DNA of 64,000 nucleotides from a virus: IMG/VR virus record IMGVR_UViG_3300017987_000005, positions 119,649 to 183,648 of that record; one strand, 5' to 3'. Shown piece by piece: positions 39,525 to 48,052 of this stretch (position 1 is its first letter; each line of letters starts with the position of its first letter). The notes under the pieces were generated by a model. It saw only the letters and a program-made list of their open reading frames with translations, ran no database searches and was not told where the DNA came from. The position numbers and the translations under genes were made by a program.

Positions 39525-40387
39525 ATAAACTCACTTTCATCATCCATCTTCTTCAGCCAATTCTGGTAAGTAGTCTGTGTCCCGTTCCACTCAAACTTCT
39601 TAATACTATGCTTCTGATACCAGTCCCACAGCTTATCAATTTGTCGGTTGCTGATTTTATGGCGCGACCCGTAATGTATCAGGACAATATGCTTCCCAGT
39701 CATATATCGTCCGACTTTAATCCATCCACGATTCAAAAGAACGTCAGGTCCGTTATCGTCAAATTCGTATCCGAACTTGTCGATAATCTGTCCGGCTGTT
39801 TCGGTGTGCTCCCAATATCCGCATGAATACCAACCTCCATGCGGAGACAGCCACCCTGACTCAAGCTCGATATCATCAGTCTGAATCTCAGGTTCTTCCT
39901 CTTCTTCCTCTTCCGGCTCAATAGTCTTAGCAGTAGCGGTTCCGGTCCAGAAATCGACTGTCCCCTTAATGAGACTCTTTGTAGTCTCCTTGGCATACTC
40001 GTACGCGTCCTCACGTGCTCCGCCGTTGTACAAACGGATAAGTTCTGCTCTATCCCTCTTCAAAGTCTCAATCTCGTCCTTGAGCGACGTGAAGGCTTCC
40101 TGGAGCGATGGCATCTCTACGTCATCCTCTACGAGATATAACGGTTCCAGTCCTTTACACTGCTTACATTTCGGGTCTTCGCAGATGCCCCATCCCGACA
40201 TCCGCAACTTGCCGGCAAGAATAGCAATACACTGTCCATCATCCAGCCCTTCGAAACACTGGACCATGTTCAACGCTTTCGCGTAGTTCCCTTCCCGGAC
40301 AATATCTCGGGCAAGGTCTGTGATAAAATCCCCACTTACGAGGAAATGAAGCGTTTCGCGCAGCTCCCTTTTAGTCGCCGTAGTCAT
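39521..40387 (-). CDS. hypothetical protein
   Basis: GWLSPHG..Y.C..WEH, GWIK. Confidence 0.7.
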   Translation of the reverse strand: MTTATKRELRETLHFLVSGDFITDLARDIVREGNYAKALNMVQCFEGLDDGQCIAILAGKLRMSGWGICEDPKCKQCKGLEPLYLVEDDVEMPSLQEAFTSLKDEIETLKRDRAELIRLYNGGAREDAYEYAKETTKSLIKGTVDFWTGTATAKTIEPEEEEEEEPEIQTDDIELESGWLSPHGGWYSCGYWEHTETAGQIIDKFGYEFDDNGPDVLLNRGWIKVGRYMTGKHIVLIHYGSRHKISNRQIDKLWDWYQKHSIKKFEWNGTQTTYQNWLKKMDDESEFI

Positions 40388-40402
40388 TACTTTCTCCTCA
40401 AT

Positions 40403-40696
40403 TTACTCAGCATCCGCCTCGCTGTTGCAATCACTTTCAACGTCGGCTTTCGCAGAAACGGAATCTCCGTCATCCCCTTCGGCACTTTTAACGCTATCAG
40501 CATCTCGTCCCTTCCGAACAGCATGGCATCCCTCCTCAATAACAAATCCGAGCTGTTCCAGCGTCCGGTACATGTTCTTGAAAAATCTCCGCGCGCAAGG
40601 TCCACAAATGCATTTATTTCCCCCGAACTTCGTCACATCGGACTCAAATCGAGGCTTTGAACATAACGAACAAATTCTATCTGGCTTAGCTCCCAT
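40403..40696 (-). CDS. Zn-finger protein (ClpX ZBD-like)
   Basis: CSLC...ICGPC; ATG 40696. Confidence 0.55.
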   Translation of the reverse strand: MGAKPDRICSLCSKPRFESDVTKFGGNKCICGPCARRFFKNMYRTLEQLGFVIEEGCHAVRKGRDADSVKSAEGDDGDSVSAKADVESDCNSEADAE

Positions 40697-40697
40697 A

Positions 40698-41036
40698 TTA
40701 CATGTTCTCCTGTATCTCTTCATCAGTCCATTCGAATAAACGGGTTCCGTCATCAAGCTCCAGGCATAAAAACGCCATCGGTCCACTGGACCACGGGTCA
40801 GCTTGAACAACTTCCTTAACAGTTCCTCCGTTTTTCAAACGATACGTTATAAGGTCTGGCCCATCCCCGGCAAACATATCAACGTGTTCACTCGAAAGCT
40901 CGACCTGTACTTTAGTAGTATCTTCATGTCCGCACTTAGAACATCTGTGCGTAACAATATCCTTAACGGCAACGTGCTCCTCGAGCCATCCCGCTGCTCC
41001 GTCCTTTAATCCAACATATTGGAAACAACGCATCAC
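40698..41036 (-). CDS. hypothetical protein
   Basis: Q..GL, CSKC, PWSSGP. Confidence 0.65.
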   Translation of the reverse strand: MMRCFQYVGLKDGAAGWLEEHVAVKDIVTHRCSKCGHEDTTKVQVELSSEHVDMFAGDGPDLITYRLKNGGTVKEVVQADPWSSGPMAFLCLELDDGTRLFEWTDEEIQENM

Positions 41037-41236
41037 TTATCCTCCTTTTGCAAGTGATTGCAATCAGCTCCGACAGGCTTATCCCCCGGAGCGAGTAGTA
41101 CAATCTTCCCGCAACGCTTACATCTCCACTTATTCCTCGCCATGATAAATCCTACATCATCATCTTTACATTTTTCCCACTCATCGTGCAGACAAAATAT
41201 CCGCGCAAATAACCGAGATAATAATCTCTTAATCAT
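41033..41236 (-). CDS. small Cys/His protein
   Basis: FCLHDEW...CKRCGK. Confidence 0.55.
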   Translation of the reverse strand: MIKRLLSRLFARIFCLHDEWEKCKDDDVGFIMARNKWRCKRCGKIVLLAPGDKPVGADCNHLQKEDK

Positions 41237-42117
41237 CGGTGCCGAGTCAGCACTTCTTCGATATCACGAATAAGCATGGACTTGTTATTTACGTCCTTAC
41301 TGATAAGCTCATCCAGGTTTCCAAAGTGCTCCTCTAAACAACGATGGAGCAAATCAATAATAGCATCATGGTCAGGACGCTCCCGAAGCGGAGAAGACTC
41401 ATACAAACCTTCCAGATACTTCTCCTTACGCTTGAACAAGTCTTCAATCTCATCCAGAGTCATGTCTCCACGATGAACAGCTTTAATCTGCTCCCGAGCG
41501 CGAGTCAGGTCAACATCTCCATCCTTAAGAATCTGCTCGCATTCATCAAGCAGACGGATGATATGTCCGGCAAACTTTACATCGAATCCGAACTTCTCAA
41601 CAATAGCTTTGCGCTTCCCCTGACGGTTCTGCGATTTCGCTTTATTCAACTGGCTCCAAGCGTATCCTTTGAACTTGAAGAATGCTCCCTTATGAAGAAA
41701 CATCTTACGATTCACGCGAACCATCTCCCCGATACGCGTGGACTTCAGAACATACTCCTGTTTCGTAAACAGGCTGTCAACCATGTTCGGATTGTTCTCC
41801 GCAAGCAGTTTGAAGTATTTTACAATATTAAACAACTGGATATCGACATCGAGTCCGTCATACGACATTCCGTGCTTTTGAAGTTGGTCGAAATTCGGGA
41901 ACTTCTTGTGGTATCCGTAAATGAATCCGTGATGAAACGGGAACACAATATCCTTCGGCGGAATCGTGAAACCGTACAGGTCATAATCCGATTTCTCGGT
42001 ATACGTATCATAAGCACGGCTCCCCATCATCGTGATATACTGGGCATTCTCCAGAATCCACGCTTGAACTGAGGGGTCGCTCTTAATCCCCTGATTTACG
42101 GTGTTCATTACGCTCAT
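41233..42117 (-). CDS. DNA-pol-beta superfamily nucleotidyltransferase (YcgL/RlaP-like)
   Basis: GSRAY.....SDYD, NPN..D.LF, F.GYA..Q, D.K...H..RL. Confidence 0.85.
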   Translation of the reverse strand: MSVMNTVNQGIKSDPSVQAWILENAQYITMMGSRAYDTYTEKSDYDLYGFTIPPKDIVFPFHHGFIYGYHKKFPNFDQLQKHGMSYDGLDVDIQLFNIVKYFKLLAENNPNMVDSLFTKQEYVLKSTRIGEMVRVNRKMFLHKGAFFKFKGYAWSQLNKAKSQNRQGKRKAIVEKFGFDVKFAGHIIRLLDECEQILKDGDVDLTRAREQIKAVHRGDMTLDEIEDLFKRKEKYLEGLYESSPLRERPDHDAIIDLLHRCLEEHFGNLDELISKDVNNKSMLIRDIEEVLTRHR

Positions 42118-42352
42118 TTATCTTCCGCTCAAAATAACTGTAAACACTATTGACTTCTTCCGTAGATGATAACATCGTACGCTTAAGCATATCGCTGTAA
42201 TCCACTTTGAATTCGATGAAATTGATTATGCAGAACTCAATCATATGTCCGACTAAGTTCTGTTTGGCGTTCTCCCGGTTATGGTTCATCCAGTGGAATT
42301 CGTTAAATCCTGTTTTATGCTGGAACCACTCCCAAAAATCTTTCATGCTCAC
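42083..42352 (-). CDS. hypothetical protein
   Basis: Packed ORF; boundaries uncertain. Confidence 0.45.
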   Translation of the reverse strand: MSMKDFWEWFQHKTGFNEFHWMNHNRENAKQNLVGHMIEFCIINFIEFKVDYSDMLKRTMLSSTEEVNSVYSYFERKINERNEHRKSGD

Positions 42353-42638
42353 TCTCCTTGAAGTTATTAAACCATGCTCGCGGCTGTTTATTTTCCGGGA
42401 CTTTATACTCTCCAGTAAAATCCGGATAAAGAACAGTCAATCCGTCACGCTCCGCTTGCTCCGGAGTATACGGGTCATTAATCCCTATTACAATGCACGC
42501 TTCAAAATCAATCCCATAAAGATATGCAAGTTTAGGCGCATTAATATAATGCTCATCGCCATCATTCTTACTAATGACTTTTCCGGGAACGAGGGCATAT
42601 CGCTTAGGCTTCAGTGTCTTCATCCTCTTGCTCCTCAA
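42315..42638 (-). CDS. hypothetical protein with WFNN tail
   Basis: PG.V.SKNDGD.HYI....L..LYG. Confidence 0.65.
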   Translation of the reverse strand: MRSKRMKTLKPKRYALVPGKVISKNDGDEHYINAPKLAYLYGIDFEACIVIGINDPYTPEQAERDGLTVLYPDFTGEYKVPENKQPRAWFNNFKESEHERFLGVVPA

Positions 42639-42975
42639 GCTCTCCCTTCAACCCTTCAGCTACAGCGTCCTCGATATCCTCTGACACAGCGTCTACAATA
42701 TCCCCGATTGTTTCCTCCGTAATAACGTGGCTATATCGTACTCGACGCGTCCTCGATTCATTGTTAGTAAGACATTGGTCACAGATAACGAGCTGGAGTG
42801 CGACTCCCTCCCCCTCAACAAGCGAATCAAAGAAACTCGAACCAAACGTCCCGTCAGCACTGAAGCGGAGTCCGTCGCCGGGACTCTTCCAGGGGTCTTC
42901 TCCCCGCATCGCTGAGGAGAGTTCTTCTCCGCAACAAAAGCACGTAACTACTCGAGGGGGTCGTATAGTTGCCAA
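42604..42975 (-). CDS. hypothetical Zn-binding protein
   Basis: CFCC, G.FGS..FD, ICDQC. Confidence 0.65.
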   Translation of the reverse strand: MATIRPPRVVTCFCCGEELSSAMRGEDPWKSPGDGLRFSADGTFGSSFFDSLVEGEGVALQLVICDQCLTNNESRTRRVRYSHVITEETIGDIVDAVSEDIEDAVAEGLKGELEEQEDEDTEA

Positions 42976-42984
42976 ATCATTCTC

Positions 42985-43278
42985 CTATCTGTTTGTCTGA
43001 GGAATCGCAGTGACCGGCCCGCCGGTCTTATTCTTCGGCTTTTTGACTTCTTTCTTCACAATTTTCAACTGCGGTTCATCGAAGAACTTGTCATCATGCG
43101 TCGAGCCGTCGTCTTTCAGCTTTGTTGAACGCACTCCGTACGTGTTACAGTTATAAAGCCACTGAGTTCTGGCTACGACTATTCCGGTAAATCCGGCAAT
43201 AGTATCTTCAACTTCATCGCCCAGGTTGAACTTAAACTTCGGCTCCTTCGGCTTCCTCTTTCTAATCGGCATCTGCAA
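42985..43278 (-). CDS. hypothetical SH3-like protein
   Basis: LGDEVED.I.GF.G, FDEPQL. Confidence 0.7.
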   Translation of the reverse strand: MQMPIRKRKPKEPKFKFNLGDEVEDTIAGFTGIVVARTQWLYNCNTYGVRSTKLKDDGSTHDDKFFDEPQLKIVKKEVKKPKNKTGGPVTAIPQTNR

Positions 43279-43286
43279 TTCCTTTA

Positions 43287-43712
43287 CTAAGTTCCAGGTC
43301 TTTGCTTAACATCGGGAAAATGCTCACTCAACAACTCGTCAGGTGTTTTCCCGTCCATTGGATATTTCTCTTTCAATTTCTTGCACATATCACAATTATC
43401 CGGGTGCGTACGGTATGGGTCTTTATTGCACCAGATATGATGACGATTCTTATATAAATCCTCCGACATCAATGCTCCTCCGAGACGAAGCGTCGTCGGG
43501 TCACACTGCTTCGCTGCAATCGCAATCTCGGCTCCGCGAATACGGTCAACAAACTCTCCGGTATTCGTTATAAATCCTTGATTCGAAGTCCCTTTTCCCT
43601 TGAACTTCCCGTCCGCTCCGTACTGAATAATTATCCGTGAATGGTTGCGACCGGTGTAGACTTTCCCGTCATTCCCGAGAATCGCTGCATCCTCTATTCT
43701 GAGGTCGGACAC
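43287..43712 (-). CDS. hypothetical phage protein
   Basis: QGF.TN.G.FVDR, LMSEDLY. Confidence 0.7.
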   Translation of the reverse strand: MSDLRIEDAAILGNDGKVYTGRNHSRIIIQYGADGKFKGKGTSNQGFITNTGEFVDRIRGAEIAIAAKQCDPTTLRLGGALMSEDLYKNRHHIWCNKDPYRTHPDNCDMCKKLKEKYPMDGKTPDELLSEHFPDVKQRPGT

Positions 43713-43966
43713 GCCCCTACCTCCTCCCGCAGATAATACAGACGAGCATCCGGCTCATTATCCACAGACTTATCCTCGACAATGAGCATGATTTTGACAT
43801 CGCTGGAATCCGATATTTTCAGGTCTTCGTTTTCGCTGAAAAACAGATTGTTAGCTTGGATAATCCGAGTGACTTCTTCATCGGTCGGTATATGACTAAG
43901 CTCAGTCACTATCCGCTCTTTCCACGAGTCGTATACAGCGTATCTTGACATATTCACTCTCCGCAA
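43694..43966 (-). CDS. hypothetical protein
   Basis: GGAGAGTGA RBS before ATG 43951. Confidence 0.55.
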   Translation of the reverse strand: MRRVNMSRYAVYDSWKERIVTELSHIPTDEEVTRIIQANNLFFSENEDLKISDSSDVKIMLIVEDKSVDNEPDARLYYLREEVGACPTSE

Positions 43967-43967
43967 A

Positions 43968-44480
43968 TTAAATATTTGTGTATATTTTTCTATTAATTAT
44001 TTCTGATATATGACCTTTAGAGGTCTTAAAATCTTTAGCAATACTTTTCAAAGAATCTCCCCCGACCCTACGTTTACGTATTTCCTTTATTTGAGAATCA
44101 GAAAAGCGCCGTCTCACAGAAGCGGCTTTGAAAGCTGTCTTAATCCTGGCGTCAGAAGGTGCGTCCATCATATTCTCGCTATGCGTCCCAATTCCAATAT
44201 TATCCCAACTATTATCTAATTTATCACTATTAAAATGCCTTACTTCAATCTCGTCATCAAAAATACTATCTCCAAATTTCTGGTATGCTTGTAAACAATG
44301 GACCGATAATCCACAAGTTTTTTTGCCAACCTTGACAGATATAGTATGATATCCTTTCGAATTCACTCCTCCGATAAGCTTCTTACCTAACGGGTTATGG
44401 GGAATTCCGTCTTTAGATACTCTATACCCATCCCTGTAAACACGCAAAAGTATCTTCGACATTTTACTATCTCTGCGCAT
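43968..44480 (-). CDS. HNH homing endonuclease with C-terminal HTH
   Basis: VH...AY, VRH....K.DN...N..GT.SEN. Confidence 0.85.
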   Translation of the reverse strand: MRRDSKMSKILLRVYRDGYRVSKDGIPHNPLGKKLIGGVNSKGYHTISVKVGKKTCGLSVHCLQAYQKFGDSIFDDEIEVRHFNSDKLDNSWDNIGIGTHSENMMDAPSDARIKTAFKAASVRRRFSDSQIKEIRKRRVGGDSLKSIAKDFKTSKGHISEIINRKIYTNI

Positions 44481-44500
44481 ACCGCCCCTTAATTAAAAAC

Positions 44501-44588
44501 TTGCGGAGGGAGGATTCGAACCTCCGAGGACTTGTGGTCCTACGAGCTTATGAGACTCGCGAGCTAAACCAGACTACTCTACTCCGCA
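44501..44588 (-). tRNA. tRNA-Met(CAT), initiator-like body with long variable arm
   Basis: TGCGGAG/CTCCGCA acceptor, CT-CAT-AA loop, AGGAC/GTCCT extra arm, GGAGG-TTCGAAT-CCTCC; no encoded CCA. Confidence 0.85.
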
Positions 44589-44594
44589 TCATAT

Positions 44595-44970
44595 TCAGTT
44601 ATTCAGAAACTTATTCCTCAACGCTAAGGCTTCCTCGTAATACTTCATCACTTTCTCAGTATCTTCTTTATTCAAAGTACGCATACTCATAAAGCAGGGG
44701 AATCCATTGACTGCTCCGGGTCCCGCTTTATCCATATACTCATAAATCATACATATATTCTGATGCTTCAACTGGTCAGCGGTCTTATCATCCATAAGAG
44801 CGAGAATCATAAAAACATGTGGGAGCAAATCCTTATTCTCAACCTGACGGTCGCAGAATATCTTCCCTTCAACAATCCCGAGCGCTATCTCCTTAAGCAC
44901 CGAATCCTCCTTCGGCACATAATCAAGCGGTTCTTCTTTGTCTGTTTTCTTATCGCTCTCGTCGGTCATA
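44595..44970 (-). CDS. hypothetical protein
   Basis: YEY..KAGP..VNG.P.F.S. Confidence 0.65.
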
Positions 44971-46101
44971 TCATTCCTTATCAGGAACATCCAGTTTGAA
45001 TAATTCTCGACACACGTAAAACACTTTCTCAATAGCGTCGTCGCGCATCTTCGCCCACTTCTTTTTGAAACTCAGTTCACGAACTCCGATATACTTCTTA
45101 TATTCGGGAGTAGGGTCTGCTTCCGGAATACGGAGCGATGCTTCCCCGAACCACCAGCTCCAGCTTACTGCTCCCTGCTTAACATGGTGGTCTTTTGAAA
45201 GCAAGTTCATTACAATGCGTCCCGGAAACGTATGCATATCATACGCAAACCAGTCCACTTCATCAATGTGAAGCGGTTCGATAGCATCGATAAAACTATC
45301 ATCCTTCAATGCAGTATCTTCGTATCCGTCACGGAGCATCCTGAGTAATGCTACGAGTGTTAAATCAATATCGACTTTGCTGTTACTTAAAAGCTCGTCC
45401 ATAACTGCACGAGGAGCTTCCTGTTTCCCAATAGGTTCGTCAAACACGCGTCCGATAGCTTCGAGTCCATCTTCCTTCCTGGCGACTGCGAACATAGTCG
45501 AAATGACTTTCGACAAATCCCCGTCCTTCCAATGGTCTTTGAAAAACATCAGGTCAGTAATCTTCTCGTATTCCTTTGTATCTTTGACTTCGTTAAAAGC
45601 ACGACAACAATGTCCGTCCTTCTGCGACTTCGCAAGAGTATAAGTTACTCTTAGAGGATGCTCCTCAACATGTTGATACAGGTTCATACACGTATATACA
45701 TCTTCAGGAATAATAACTTTCAAACGACGAATAAGTGATGCTGGCTGCATGTCGTGAAGCGCTTTCGCTGCGCGGACGGCTTTCTCAGCATATCCCCGGC
45801 GAATATATTTCTGCATCGCACTCTTATATATCCCGACAGTCGCCATGTAGTCGAGATAATACTCCCCGACAATCTCCTCGCGGGAGATGCATTCACGGAG
45901 GAAGCGCAACATCGATTTGCGGTTCTTCCCGTCCTTCTCAAGCTGAACGAGTTCTTTCATCTCCTTGACGGTGATTTTCTTCTTCTCGTCCTGCGCGCGC
46001 AGAGACTTCTGAATCTGCGGGATAGGCTTCTGCATCAAGTCGTCGTATACTGGCTTTCCCCTGTGCTTAGAGATAATATCATCCATTGATTCGAAAGGCA
46101 T
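44971..46101 (-). CDS. MgsA/RarA C-terminal-like protein lacking the ATPase domain
   Basis: KSAMQKYIRRG, RRL.VI..ED, A.DMHT..G. Confidence 0.6.
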   Translation of the reverse strand: MPFESMDDIISKHRGKPVYDDLMQKPIPQIQKSLRAQDEKKKITVKEMKELVQLEKDGKNRKSMLRFLRECISREEIVGEYYLDYMATVGIYKSAMQKYIRRGYAEKAVRAAKALHDMQPASLIRRLKVIIPEDVYTCMNLYQHVEEHPLRVTYTLAKSQKDGHCCRAFNEVKDTKEYEKITDLMFFKDHWKDGDLSKVISTMFAVARKEDGLEAIGRVFDEPIGKQEAPRAVMDELLSNSKVDIDLTLVALLRMLRDGYEDTALKDDSFIDAIEPLHIDEVDWFAYDMHTFPGRIVMNLLSKDHHVKQGAVSWSWWFGEASLRIPEADPTPEYKKYIGVRELSFKKKWAKMRDDAIEKVFYVCRELFKLDVPDKE

Positions 46102-46128
46102 TTCACTCTCCTTTTAACGTACGCTTGT

Positions 46129-46156
46129 ATTATATCATATATTTAGTATATGTCAA
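46129..46156 (-). promoter_or_regulatory. sigma70-type promoter, 16-bp spacer
   Basis: TTGACA-N16-TATAAT then ACAAGCGTAC. Confidence 0.8.
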
Positions 46157-46192
46157 GTATAAAATTGAAAAAATATGGCTTTTCGTAAGTGT

Positions 46193-46261
46193 AAAATCCC
46201 CCGCCGGCCCGGAGAGTGAATAACGACCCGTTAAAGGGCCGAGGTAGGCCGTGCGGGGGAG
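46193..46261 (-). terminator. branched GC-rich terminator-like structure
   Basis: TCCCCCGC/GCGGGGGA stem followed by TTTT. Confidence 0.6.
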
Positions 46262-46264
46262 TTA

Positions 46265-46834
46265 TTATATCCAACCTAAATTAGCAGCTCGCCATAGAAC
46301 AAGGTCAACAACTCCTATGCGCTCACCCAGCCGCTCTGCAAGTCCTTCGCATAATTCCGAAGGGGTCATTCCATAATTATCAGCAATCCGAACAATATGT
46401 CTGTCAGGCTTGAACACTTCTAGTCCGCAATTCTTCGCTAAATGGAACTTAGTAATTTTACCGAGTCCGTCTAATGTTTCAAAGTATTTTATTTTTTCTT
46501 CGTCCGTCTGAAGACTTTCGTATATATCGAATCGCTCATCACGCTCATCCCACGCTGATTGGATGGCGCGGGCTTTGTTTTTATTTTTGAACACATCCTT
46601 TACTGGAACACCTTCCTTGATGGCATCGATAACTTTCTTGAATATCTGAACGGCTATTTGGTACTTCATTCCGGAATTGCATATTACAAAGATGGTCTCA
46701 TACGCGAGAATGACTGAATTATGCGGAGCCTTCACTTCGTCGGCCCAGTCAATCTCATCCGCATATCCGGCGTCGATTATACGTTTTTTCAAATCAAGAT
46801 ATGTATCAGGACTCACAGAAAACATCATCCACAA
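46265..46834 (-). CDS. HhH-type DNA glycosylase-like protein
   Basis: VICNSG, LDGLG.IT..HLAKN.G...KPDRH. Confidence 0.65.
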   Translation of the reverse strand: MWMMFSVSPDTYLDLKKRIIDAGYADEIDWADEVKAPHNSVILAYETIFVICNSGMKYQIAVQIFKKVIDAIKEGVPVKDVFKNKNKARAIQSAWDERDERFDIYESLQTDEEKIKYFETLDGLGKITKFHLAKNCGLEVFKPDRHIVRIADNYGMTPSELCEGLAERLGERIGVVDLVLWRAANLGWI

Positions 46835-47039
46835 CAGTCAATTCAAAACTCGGTCCAGGAACAATATCCCCAAACCCATCATACGGAACAAGCAATCCGT
46901 CCTCCAGGCGATAATAACAAACAGCATCGAAATTAAATCCGTGGAACTCGGGCCACTCCCCTCCAAGAAAACGCTTTACTAATGCGGGACTGATTTTAGT
47001 AAGGTCTTGTTTATTGTTGAACCATTCGGTCATATTCAT
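46806..47039 (-). CDS. hypothetical protein with N-terminal WFNN
   Basis: Packed ORF. Confidence 0.55.
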   Translation of the reverse strand: MNMTEWFNNKQDLTKISPALVKRFLGGEWPEFHGFNFDAVCYYRLEDGLLVPYDGFGDIVPGPSFELTVVDDVFCES

Positions 47040-47266
47040 ACTCTCGAATTATTGAACCAACCAGACAACTGTAGCATCCTTTGCTTCCTTTCCGTCAAAC
47101 ATACTTTTGATGAGCACTGCTGTTTATATTTATCACACATAATTATCTCTTCGTCACCCATAAGTCGCGGTGAACGTACTTTCGTATTATATGCTATTCC
47201 AGTAGCCCTGCATTCAAGATACTGCTCACGGAACGAACGCGGCTTACTTCTTATCTTCCGGACCAT
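47036..47266 (-). CDS. small Cys protein ending in WFNN
   Basis: Packed ORF. Confidence 0.55.
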   Translation of the reverse strand: MVRKIRSKPRSFREQYLECRATGIAYNTKVRSPRLMGDEEIIMCDKYKQQCSSKVCLTERKQRMLQLSGWFNNSRV

Positions 47267-47459
47267 CTATCAGCTTCGCTCCTGGCGGAAGAAGAATTCG
47301 TCCGCGTCTGCGAATCTCAACGCTCCCGTTAACAAAGAATGGTTTTGTAGGCTTCACTCCCCTACGCAATGCATCAAAATGCTGAGCCAATCGTCCGAAT
47401 GCTTGATATATATCCTCGGCTTCAAATTCAGCATCACCTACTAAACGGTATACTGTCAT
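47244..47459 (-). CDS. hypothetical protein
   Basis: AGGAGAGTGA RBS. Confidence 0.6.
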   Translation of the reverse strand: MTVYRLVGDAEFEAEDIYQAFGRLAQHFDALRRGVKPTKPFFVNGSVEIRRRGRILLPPGAKLIDGPEDKK

Positions 47460-47477
47460 CTCACTCTCCTAAAAAAC

Positions 47478-47628
47478 TGGCGGGGCAAGGTCTGTTTACG
47501 ATGGTCCCGTCGATAAACTCGAGGACACGCAAACATTCCAGGGGACGGCTCGGTCACTACGTCAATGCTGATAATCCAAGATGCTGACCGCCCACGTACT
47601 CGCTCCAGAGCCGGTTGACGCCCCCGCT
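47478..47628 (-). ncRNA. unassigned structured RNA ending in CCA
   Basis: GCGGGG/CCCCGC closing stem then CA and TTTTTT; internal GGCTC/GAGCC, TACGT/ACGTA, TGTTTGCG/CGTAAACA. Confidence 0.55.
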
Positions 47629-47764
47629 CTCATTGCAAACAAACGCTAACCATTAATATCAGCAGCGAACTATGGCGTACGAGAAAAACACAATATAGTT
47701 TAATGATGAATACTACTCGCAAGTACTTCGCAGTCCGCTGAACCTAAGTACCAAGGCATAAAAA

Positions 47765-48052
47765 CTAACACCACACTACTTTATTGTCACGAATAAAATA
47801 GTGAGACTTGCACGGCTCATGTGAATTATAAACAGATGGGGATAAAGTAACATTATCCCCGCTCCGGGCATAAGTCCAACAATAAATCCCATCCTGTGCA
47901 ATCGGAGTAACTGTCAACGCTCCGCACCCACAGCAGCACAAGTGGATAGCTGTCCCGTAATATTCTGAAACATATAGTTTTCCATGCTCTTTATCCTTCG
48001 GAATCTCTTTAACAAAAACAGGTTCCAATTCAGTAAGTCTTTCCATCGTCAC
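47765..48052 (-). CDS. DUF6527-like Cys protein
   Basis: HLCCCGCG, TLSPSV, CKSHYFI. Confidence 0.75.
   Translation of the reverse strand: MTMERLTELEPVFVKEIPKDKEHGKLYVSEYYGTAIHLCCCGCGALTVTPIAQDGIYCWTYARSGDNVTLSPSVYNSHEPCKSHYFIRDNKVVWC

Noticed and set aside
40387-40605. 72-aa alternative ORF
   Set aside because: The overlapping frame 40403-40696 has an ATG start and a Zn-finger motif
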